Virus record (IMG/VR): IMGVR_UViG_3300044715_001089 | Length of the DNA: 64,000 nucleotides | Source of the DNA: an uncultured virus (IMG/VR IMGVR_UViG_3300044715_001089) | Taxonomy: Duplodnaviria > Heunggongvirae > Uroviricota > Caudoviricetes | Direction: 5' to 3' (one strand) | Shown here: positions 1 to 11,000 of the stretch, piece after piece | Position numbering within the stretch: the stretch's first letter is position 1 | Layout: each line of letters begins with the position of its first letter | Program-made: the position numbers and the translations under genes | Notes under the pieces: model-generated | The model's input: the letters and a program-made list of their open reading frames with translations, nothing else | The model's database searches: none | Told to the model about the DNA's origin: nothing

Positions 1-1
1 A

Positions 2-1567
2 ATTGGAGAAGAAATAGTAGAAACAAATTTAGTTAAAGAAATAGGAGAATTAAATTCTCAAATTAGAGCTGTAACTAATAACTTGAATTTTGGTAGCTAT
101 AATATAAATGAAGAAGTAAAAGGTCTAATAAAAGGTGGCTTAGGAGATATGATAGCTGCTTTCCATTCTCCGTCAGACAAACTTGGATATGTTCAAGCTG
201 AACTAATGAGACAAAGAGAACAGTACGAAGCAGCAGCAAGGGCTTTGATCTATAATCATTTAGAAAAACAGTTAACATCAATCGAAAGTCCAGTAGATGC
301 AAGAAGTCTGCTAGAACATTATTATATAGAATCACAAAGATTAATAGCATCAGAAGATGCTGATACAAGGACTCTTGGAAAACTAATGGATGATGCCCTT
401 CTTAGGGGCGAGCACTTTTTTGATAAAACTGGAAGAATACAATTAGGAAAAGCTTACGAAGCTGTAAAGTCAGATTTAGTAAATAAAGTTAGTAAATCAG
501 TTGCTGGGGATGAGGAAATTTTTAATTCTTTAATTGTAAAATTAGAAGAATCAGCCGGAGAGCGAGCAGCAAGCGCAGAAGATTCCGTTGCAAAAAGACT
601 ACAAGAAATACTGCGTCCAGAAGGAAACCACTCACCAGAAGCAGGACTTACTGAACGAGGTGGGTTTGTTGACGACAATTTACAAGATATATTTCCTGAT
701 CTTACAGCTAAACACGGAGACGTGAAAGGAAGATCACTTAGAGACCTCATAGAAGAAACAATGTTGGAAACAGCAGAAACAGTCGACCAACAACAGGCTA
801 AAAAACTAGAACACTTTACTCAATTAATGTATTCTCAAGATAAAGATACAACCTTATCTCTAATTAGAAAAGATCTAGTTGATCAATCAATGGCCGATGG
901 AGTTGGTCCGGTTGCTAACCTGAACTCTTTACCAGAGCATAACCAATATATAAATCAGTTAGCTTTAATGGGGTCAAGATTTGAAGCCAGAAGAGTATCT
1001 ACTTCTCAAGAGGCTTTAGACGTTTTAAGTCTTTTTGAACAAGATTTAAGAAATCCTATACCAGTTTTTAACGATATAGCAGCAAGATATCTATCTGACG
1101 AGGTAGGGACAGCAGCAGGAACAATGGCTGATTTAACGGGTCCTAAGTATACAAAGATAGGCGATGCACTATCTGAAAAATTTCCTAATTTCCTCAATTA
1201 CGCAAAAGGTAATAAAACTAAAATAGCTGTAGGGTTAGGAATAGCAGCACTAGGAGGTGCTGTATTTAATAAGATGAAGAGTAGAGATCATACTGCAGAG
1301 GGCGTGGCTGGACCGCCTCTCTTGCCTGGTGGAAGCCCATACGAAAGACCTACTACTGAGACAATGGAATACCCATCCTTTTCCCCGACGTCAAATGGAG
1401 ACCTAGGATCATCCTATAGCGTAGACATAGTGGGCTCTCAAGCACAGGTCCAACAGTTTATTAATGCTTCTCAAAGCATATCAGAATCTGGTTCAAACGC
1501 TACTATATACTCTGGCATACCTAATGCGGGTAAAGACCCGTATCAAGAAATTGCAAGTTCTTATTAG
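2..1567 (+). CDS. C-terminal part of a large virion-associated protein (5' end outside the window)
   Basis: Frame is open from position 2 to TAG at 1565-1567. Helical, with a hydrophobic segment (IAVGLGIAALGGAVF) near the C-terminus. Lies upstream of the baseplate genes, so possibly tape-measure-like (inference). Confidence 0.6.
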   Translation: MGEEIVETNLVKEIGELNSQIRAVTNNLNFGSYNINEEVKGLIKGGLGDMIAAFHSPSDKLGYVQAELMRQREQYEAAARALIYNHLEKQLTSIESPVDARSLLEHYYIESQRLIASEDADTRTLGKLMDDALLRGEHFFDKTGRIQLGKAYEAVKSDLVNKVSKSVAGDEEIFNSLIVKLEESAGERAASAEDSVAKRLQEILRPEGNHSPEAGLTERGGFVDDNLQDIFPDLTAKHGDVKGRSLRDLIEETMLETAETVDQQQAKKLEHFTQLMYSQDKDTTLSLIRKDLVDQSMADGVGPVANLNSLPEHNQYINQLALMGSRFEARRVSTSQEALDVLSLFEQDLRNPIPVFNDIAARYLSDEVGTAAGTMADLTGPKYTKIGDALSEKFPNFLNYAKGNKTKIAVGLGIAALGGAVFNKMKSRDHTAEGVAGPPLLPGGSPYERPTTETMEYPSFSPTSNGDLGSSYSVDIVGSQAQVQQFINASQSISESGSNATIYSGIPNAGKDPYQEIASSY

Positions 1568-1577
1568 GAAATAGGTA

Positions 1578-2042
1578 ATGGACAATATTCAACAATCCAA
1601 TTCCCGCTTGGCCGACGCTGCAAAAAGCAACCCGGATACAAGGCCTAGGGTAAAACAAGCTCAAGCTAATGCTCAAAAAGTCTCCGGTCCTCAAAGTCAA
1701 GATAATTTTAATGTTGGCTCTAGAGATCAACAATTAAAACAACAAGAACAGAAGTCTCAGGCTAAAGTTAGTAAACCTTCTCTTGAAGGATATATAAATT
1801 CATCAACAACTCATGTTCAGATGAACAAAGCAGGATACGATAATCCAAAGCATCAACAAGCAAGAAATAGAATAGCTAGTTCAAAAGGAAAAGCTCCTAG
1901 TGTAGGCAAAGTTTCTTCAATGAGTTTTACTTCTAGTACTTCAAAACGTGGTACAATAGATAATTACAGTAAACTTTCTTTTTCCAATAACACTAAATCC
2001 GCTATGGATAAAATGTTAAAAACCGATAACTATTTTAAGTAA
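1578..2042 (+). CDS. hypothetical basic, Q/S/K-rich protein
   Basis: 154 aa ORF, AGG-containing sequence upstream, tightly packed between neighbours. Confidence 0.7.
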   Translation: MDNIQQSNSRLADAAKSNPDTRPRVKQAQANAQKVSGPQSQDNFNVGSRDQQLKQQEQKSQAKVSKPSLEGYINSSTTHVQMNKAGYDNPKHQQARNRIASSKGKAPSVGKVSSMSFTSSTSKRGTIDNYSKLSFSNNTKSAMDKMLKTDNYFK

Positions 2043-2052
2043 GTGATATTAT

Positions 2053-5000
2053 ATGGCAGTTAATCCAAAAATTATAGCTTGGTTAGAAGACAATTTTCCA
2101 ACTAAAGAATCAGTTGACGACTATATAGAAGAAGTTAATCTTGCATATATAAAGATGAAAGATTATCTTGTCAGGCCAATTACTTATTCTTTATTTGTAA
2201 AACAGGGAACATATAGCCAGCAGTACGTAGATAAAGAGAGCCACTACTGGTATTTGGACGAAATGCCGGCGCTAGAGAGTGCCATTCTCCCGGATGCTGA
2301 TGATCCTCTTTGGGTGCTTTGTAGAAAAGAAGCAGCTTCTTACTTAGCTCCAATGACTCCTAGTGGCTATAGCTCAAAAGCTACAGACGCACAAATAGTT
2401 GCTTTTTTAAGAAAGAACTTTTATAACAATCTTTCTCCAAATGCAAATCTAGATCAAAAAGATGGAGCAGCAAACATTGCTTGGACCAATTATTACAATA
2501 AAGATAAAGATGGCACTGACAGGTCTCCCTCTATGGGTAACGGTCTTTCTTTATTTGGTAACTATATATCTTTAAGTGTATTTGTTAAATACGCAATTAT
2601 AAGATTAAGACAATGGGATCCAGTTACTAAAACATTATCAGGTGAAACTAAAATCTCACCTAATCCTGGAGCTAATAATCCACCTACAGATAATACAGAT
2701 ACTACTGTTAATCCAGTTTTTGATTCTGATGAAAATTATCTATCAAGGATAGCGTTTTTAGAGAATTATCTTGTCAGTCTTAGCCCAGAGTTGTACAACT
2801 CAACAGATGGTGCAGTTGGTGGCTTATACGCAACTATCGCTAGAAAAAATAACATATTTATACAAGCTGATCAAGTTCTATCAGATCTTAGTGGTTATGA
2901 TGTTTTCCAAAAAATACTTTCACCAAGAGATGGAGCCACACTTACAGCGCTAGACTCTAAGTACCAAAAAATACTATTCCAACAGATGGAAGCAAGTGGT
3001 TTATTGGATCTATTAGTTCATTCTGACGAAATAAGACAATTCGGTAGAGACAGATTTAGAAATGAAAATACGGTTAAAGCAAGTGCAGGAAATATAGTTA
3101 ACGGCACTAGAGACACTGTATGGTTGCAGCAATTAGGGGTGACTCTTTCTGTGCTCTCTAGACAACCAGTTGTAATGGCTACTCTTTATAATTACTTTCC
3201 TGATTTAATTAATTTCTTCTTTGAAGCTCTCGCAATTGCTGGTGATTACTCTAACAATGGAGCTGGTGGAGGAGTTGAAGATTCCCAGAATGACCCAGAA
3301 GCTATCCTAAAAGACTTAGTCGCCTCATTTGGTCAAGTTAACGGAGAGAGCATATTTACTGGTGCATGGGAATTAGTTAATACCGCACAAAGGATTAGAA
3401 AAGCTTTAGAAGAATCTCCATTTAGACAAAACATAGCTCCTAAATCCCCAGACGTATTTCACCTAAGATTAGGCGCTGCTAACTTCTACGTACCACCAAT
3501 CAAAATAGATGTAGGGACTACATTCAAGATTTCCTCACTTGGAGAACAAGGTCTTAGACAAAGAACATCAGCCAAGTATAACGCCGGGTATAAGCACGTT
3601 CAAATATCCATGAAACTATACTTCCCCAACTATGAGGAAATATGGGGCATATCGATCAAAGATGCTTCTAAGATTAATCTAAAAGATAATTACAAAATTG
3701 ACTTTAAGCAAACAGGGAATGAAGATCAAATAGATAAATTTCTTTCATCGCTAAGAGGCATGGTTGCAGCTTTTAAATATTCTCCAATTATACCTATTAA
3801 AAATCATTATCTAAATTCAGTTCATGGCATTACAGGTGTTGCATTAAACGACATGATAATCGAAACTATAGAAAACTATCCTTTTGGTTTGGCGGTTACT
3901 CTGCAAATGTCAAACTTTAATCACAAGCCTTTTCTGCCTATGATCAACGATTTTAATCAGTCAATTAACTGGGGTAGATATAGACAATATATGGGTAAAG
4001 CTGCAGGCCAACTTCATAACTATGTTAACGAAGAGTTTTTACTAAAAAAACCAACTGATACTACAGATTCAACAACTCCACCAGAAGGAAACTACACAAA
4101 TCCTTCAAGTACTGGAGCGGGACTGAATACTACACTTGCTATCCGAAACGCTATGGAAGCTATCTCTCCTGCAGATCCGGAAGTCATAGGCTATAGCGAT
4201 CAAGATGTTTTTGTTACAAACGTTTACAAAGAGTGGACAGACGGAAGTAATATAAGCTTTTTTGTTCCAGCTGAGACCCAAACTAAAATATTTACACCAG
4301 ATATTTCTGATTTTAGAAGCAATGCAGAAAAGTTAGATACACAAATAAATGCTTCGTCTAGAGGAATTTGGGATTCATTTTTAAATAATTTTGGGATAAA
4401 AGTAAATAATGATACCGGGTATTACAAAAGCTTAGACGATACAATTATAACCTCAAAAGGTAATCAAGTAGAATTCACAGTTAGAAAAAAACTTGTTGAA
4501 AGTATAGATATTTTAACAACTGCTTCAAATCCAAAAATATTTACAGAAAAAGCATATTCTACTTCAATAGAAAGTTTTATAGCACAAAATGGCGATTTAT
4601 TAAACTCATCTAGAAAAACATTTTTAAGAAACTTTAGTAATGACTCCAATGCATTCACCGATATTGCAACATGGAAATTCGGAGCAAAAACTTTTCCTGA
4701 CAAAACTCTTTTAGAGATGAAAAAAATAATTAAGGCTTTATCAATAAATACTAATGCTTACCTAGACCACTTAGTCGAACAACAAGCTTTAACTATAGCG
4801 ATAAATGCCAATAAGTCAAAAGATGATAAATTCTTAGCAGATACTAAAGCTCAATTAAAAGAAAAATATGCAATTGGGTACTCAGCACTTATGTACCAGA
4901 GATTCTTTACCTATGGGCCCATAAGAGATTTAATGGAAGCAGCAAGAGAAAGAGCTGGATCTTTTCACATTAGAGAGTGGGAAGTACCGATGTTGCAGCT

Positions 5001-8000
5001 TGACTTTGACCCAAAAAATGTGATAGTGACAGGTGTTGCTGTGTCGTTATCTAATAATTTTGTTCCACTTCAATTACAACTTCAAGAAGAGCCTACATTC
5101 CAGCACATTGGAGGAGGAGACAGTAACATATCTATCAGGATGATGGTGAAGGGTGAAAAGGAATTAATCAAATTAAGAAAGATGTTTGATCATATTAACG
5201 GACTCGCTAGGCTAGAACACGCTACGGGTGTTATGGGGTTTTTGGGAATTAAAAATATTATTACAGCTTTGGCTGGAATCAAGTACGTTCTTCCTCTTAG
5301 ATTTGACGTTCAAACTGTTGAAGGATTCCCACACGTTTATGCCGTCAATCTCCAGTTAGTTGACTTTGACATTTTCCAGCAAAAGAGAGAACAACTTTCT
5401 TCAGCTCAACAAAAACAATTTATAGAAGAATTTGGAACAAAGAAAAATCCATTCTTAAGAATCAAACAGCTTTGGGGTCAGTTCAACGCTTATCCTGATT
5501 TTCCCTTAGAAGTTAGAAATAAAGATAACGAAATAGTTGGAACACTTGATCCAGATTTCTATTTCAGAAGTTTTGACATGTTTGATAGAGATGTTGTAAA
5601 CAATATAACAACTGAAGCGGGGAAACTTACTCGATTAAATTTCACCAATGTTAAACCAGATGATTCTCAATCAGGTATGACACAACTGCCATCTGGATCA
5701 TCTCAAGAGGCAATTAATCGTTACAAGGCATCAATAAGTGCTGCTAGAGCTCAGTATGACGCCATAATTGCAAAGTTTAAAGATTATATTAAGGTAAATG
5801 ATTTAACGGGATTAAAGAGGTATGTAAAAGATAGCCTTACCCTTAGCCCATCAGAAGTTGGATCCTATATAAGAGATGCCCTAGAAAATGACGATAAAAA
5901 CAATTTCTTATTAAAATACGTAGATAGTCTTGATGAAGAAGAATTTCCTTCTACTGGTCCTGCAAACGCAAACTACAGAGTAGCTCAAGGGAAGCTTCAG
6001 GTCGGAGATATAAGTTCATCAGATAAAGAAGATGCAAAGAAGCTTGAGTCTTTATTAAAAGGTGAAAAATCTATAGAAGGTGAAGACTCAGTAAGTTTTG
6101 AACCAGATGATCTTCCTGCTCATTGTTTGATACATACTTTTCCAGCAGTGTCAGGCTCTGCTGAAAGAAAAATGCCGTCTATTCTTCATACCGCAGATGG
6201 ATATCAGTTTGGCTATGTCAATAAAGATAATGGTAGATTTTACTTAACAGTTGATGACGTAAATGTAAAAAGAGAATCTGGTGAAGTTACATACTTTGGA
6301 GTAACAGATACTCAGTCACCAGACGTTGGAACTACAAAATCTTTAACAGGAGTCGTAGGAGCAAAAGCTTTAAGCGATTACCAATACTCATATACCTCTG
6401 GAGATAATAGTCAATCAGAAGCTACTAATAAAAACGGAAACTCAAAGAGCGTATCTAAGCATTGGGAAAAAATGATGATAGATACATCATATAGGGATAT
6501 CTCCGGAAGAATGATAAGGGCATATCCGACTTATATGCTATGGCTAATAGACGAGGGAAACTTTGCTGGAACAAAATTATTTGATAACTTCTACGGTTTG
6601 CAATCTATTACAAGTTTTTCCATAGTTCAATCAGAAGATATCTTAGGCGATACACTAATGTTGAATATATCAAATATGTATTCAAAGCTTTCGACTAGAG
6701 AAGCAACAACAATATTTAATGGAACCAATAAGCAAAATGATGACCCAGGAACAAGTATGGGATTAACATCAGGTTTGGAATCCATAATAGACCTTACATT
6801 AAATAGAGCTAGAAACATGCTTGGCCATATGGAAAGTCAATATGTTGTAAGCATAGAAAACATTAGGCTTAAACCAGGGGTAAGAGTCCACTTAAGAGGA
6901 GGTTATGGATCTAACCCTAACTCTTTACAAACATTATTCAATGGAGTAATTACAGAAGTAGAACTTGGTCAAGTGGTCAAAGTTACCGCTCAATCTGACG
7001 CAATAGAACTTAGCCCAATAATAAACTCTACTAACAATAAAGGTAGCAGTGGAAAAATAGATGGCGGAATAAACACCGGAATGTATATGTCTGAGCCAAG
7101 AGACTTAATGGTTAGACTTCTTTCGATGGGAGCATCTAGAACTAGAGAAGCTTTTGCTATGGCAACAAGAGGTACTATTTTTTCTGCTAATAAATTTGGC
7201 ATTAAACACTTTGGGAACATATTGTATGAACCATTAAATGAGATAGAACTCAATAGACAAAGAGGAATAAGAAACTCAGTAGCCGATGCTGCAACATCTG
7301 TAGGAAAAGGTGCTGGAGTAAGCGGAACTGTTTCTGCTGCTTATGGCATGATTAATCCAGCTGATCAAAACCAATCTGTACTTGGAGCCGAAACAAGACT
7401 TCCCGTCCTATCGATGATGCAGACACTTTGGTCTAATTTTAGTGCTCAAAGAGATTTAGAATTATTTAAAAGAAATATATATCCAGGAAATGGCACAGGT
7501 ATAGCTCAGTATCTTGGCGGTGACTTAGGAGATGGATGGGCTCAAGTTAGTTCTCTTAGTCCAGAAAGTAATGTTAATCCAAGATTAGATTATTTGAATA
7601 GATTAACAGACTCTTCTTGGAATGATCTTCTTCAAAATTCCGGGGCAGGCGACGCAAGTGCTCAAAAACAATTATCTCTTTTAACTGAAAGTGGAAGAGC
7701 AAGAGAAGGCGGAATGGTTGCCAGTAAGATTCTAGGTGGAGGGCTTGCAGCAGTCGGTATAGCCGGTATGGCAGCACTCCCAGGAACAATACTACCCGCC
7801 ATAGCAGCGGGAGGAGCCTTTACTGGACTACTAGGGGCAATGAATGGAAGAGGTGGAAAAAACATATTCAAGACAATGGGTTTGATCAGTGACCTAGATG
7901 ACGATATGCCTGGATTTGATGAAGTATCATTTAGATGCCAAACCTACATGAAGAGTGTATGGGATATATTCCAAACGTGTGCAAGAATTCTTCCTAACTA

Positions 8001-11000
8001 CATTGTAGCGGTAAGGCCATTCGAAGATAGATCAACTGTATTTTATGGTAAACCACATTGGTTATATACATCCGGAGTAGTGCCTATCACTACTGGTTTT
8101 CCAAGTGAAGAAAAAGCAGTAAGACTGGGATTAAAAACTCCAAGTTACATCTCTCCAGATCAACAGCTATTAGAAACTTTAGCTGAAATAAATAATCAAA
8201 GTAGTTCAACTGCAGACTATCTACAAACTTCAGCATTGATGGAATCAAGCGAATCACTTAAGGGTTTGATCAAAGAGCAGTCATCTAATGACTCTGTATA
8301 TAAGCCAGCTTTAGCCTTAAAGGGTGAAATAATAAATTTAACAGATCCAAAAAGATTAAAATTTGTTTCAAAAGAAACCAAAGAAGTACTAGCAGAGATA
8401 CCAGTAAGTACAGGAAATGTAACAATAGGTTACCACTTACCCATTGTTCCTAGTGGTGATCAGTCCCAAGCAAAGCTAGAAGATTTTGTTACAACTCATA
8501 AACAGATAGACCAACTCCCTGCTAGATTTAGTTTTCCATATTTTACGGACAGAACAAAAGGTGCAATTCTTTTAGACTATGCTTTCTTTTCTGTTGCTGC
8601 AAAAAGAGGTAAAGTCAATACAAAAGATACTCCATCAGAAGATTTTTATAATGATGATAAAGATTATCAAAAATTGGGAAGAGACAAAAATTGGAATATA
8701 ATCCTAGAAGCAGAAGCTCAATTAATAGGAAAGAGTCCAACAACAGATTATGGAGATTTAATAGATACTGAAAAATTAAAACAAGAAATTAGTCTTAATA
8801 TTTCAACTCTTTCTTCAATGAGATCCCTTGACGTTAATACCATAACTGGTAATTCATTTATATACGACCTAGAAGGTCTAGACAAAGGTGCAACAGGAGC
8901 ATCTGATGTGATAAGAATGCCATTACCATCATTAAAGACAGAAGTGTCTAACGCTAATAATATAAATTCTTATGGAAGTTGGGAATATAACTACTTTGAT
9001 AAAGGAACTATAACTGATAAATCTCCATTCTCTTACAAAGATTGGGGTTCACCAAAAACCTCAATAGAAGAGCAATTCTACATAGCAATGAGATGGCCAT
9101 ATAAGATAATGGATGATATGAGTGAGTCTAATGATCTATTAGATACATTTAAGAGTAAATACTTCAGTGGAAGATCTAGTGCAGAGTTCTATGGTAAGCC
9201 AGAAGATTATAAAAATAGAAGAATATTAGTTTATAGTCCAATAACAAATCAAGCAGTAGTTTGTCAACCGGCATTCTTCATGTGGGGTGAAGATAAAGTT
9301 GACACTTATGGAGGCAGTACTGACGGTGAGAATAGGACCGATGAATGGTATCTAAATTCAAAAGCAGACAATAATATTGAATTAAGCTTAGCTGCAATTG
9401 TTTCTCCTGACGCAGCATTGTATCTTGGAGTATTGAATTTAACTGAAGATGAAAAAGATTATTACGATGGCGATAACGACGCAAACGACGCTGCAAAAAT
9501 ATTAGCTTCTGCCGGAATATCTCCAAACCCACAACCTAGAGATTGTTATTTTATATTTGTAGACGACAATACACCATTGGGTGTTGCTAGTACAATGGAT
9601 ATTCCAATAACTCCTTTCAAATTAGTTTCAAGTCCTGGAAATGAATCAACTATTACTGGAGATGAAGTATTAATTGGGTTTGGAAAATATTCTGTAGCTG
9701 GATCATCTGGACCAACTGAGTTAACTGCAACAATTGCCACCTATGGATCAATAGGAGGAATGTCTCAACTTCCTGCAGGGGCAAGTCAGGCAGCAATTGA
9801 TGCGTACATAAAAGCAGCAAAGACTCCTATAGCCTCAGCCTTTACCGACTACAGTCCTTCTGCTGGAATTATTCCAATGACTGCAGCAATGTTAGCTGAG
9901 CAAGCTGCTAGAGGTGGAAACTATAAGGATTATTTTAACTTAGTCAATGCAAAAGATTATGATAAATTGTCTCATGATGAACTATATAAAATATTAGATG
10001 GAGAATTAGCAACAACTGGCAACGAATTTACTGGTACAGGAAGAAATACCTTTCCTGCGGTTTATGATCCAGCAGATCCACAAGCTTACGACGCAAGAGC
10101 ATTATTTGATGAAGATTTTAGTTCCAACGTACATGTTCTAGCCGGCAACGGAAGAACATTATTTGAAGCAAATGAAGTTTGGGATCAATTTAGAATGGGA
10201 TACCATACCTATGACTCAGTAAAGGAAATATTCTTTAATATATTTGGTGTAAATCCAGAAGATGAAGAACCTCTACCTTCTACTTTTTCCGAAATAATAA
10301 AACAGGCAGCAAGTGGAAAAGTAGAAGACGCGCTAAAGGTTGAATTATTTAAAAAGTTTAACTCTACAAACGGAACTGCAGTAGATGAATTCTCAGTACT
10401 TTTAGGAAGTGATTTTATTAACGCAAAAGGTGCCCAGGGCCCTGCTGTTGGTGGGACCATTGAAGAAGTTACCTCCGAAGGCATAAAAGCGGCAATAGAG
10501 TATGCAAGAGCAAACTTTATAGATGCACCAGAATCTAAAGATGGTTTAATAAGTTATTTTAACTCTATATTAAAAGATAAATTTATTAAACTAGGAGCAT
10601 TTGTTGCAGCAAATAAAACCTTGATTCAAGCGGGTGGAACTGATGCTGGCTTTATATTTGACTCAGGTGGCGAAGCTCTTACTGGTAAGCAATTGTTTTA
10701 TCTAATAATAGGTCTATTTAGACAAGCAATGTGGCAAGAGCCATATGCCAGAGCATGGTTGGTATTAAAGCCGAATAGAAGATATAAGACTATGGGGATT
10801 GGCTCTAGTGATCATTGGGATTTCCGTCCAGTTGATAAAATCTTTGCAGCATTTATAGATCCAAATCTAAATTTTGCAAGTGATAAAAAGAAATTCTTAA
10901 AATTACTCGCAGACAATAAGAGCGAAGGTAATAGTTCTACAAATATTTTTGCTGCAGTAGGTGGAAGCGTAGATGACTTCTATAAGAATAACATTGGACC

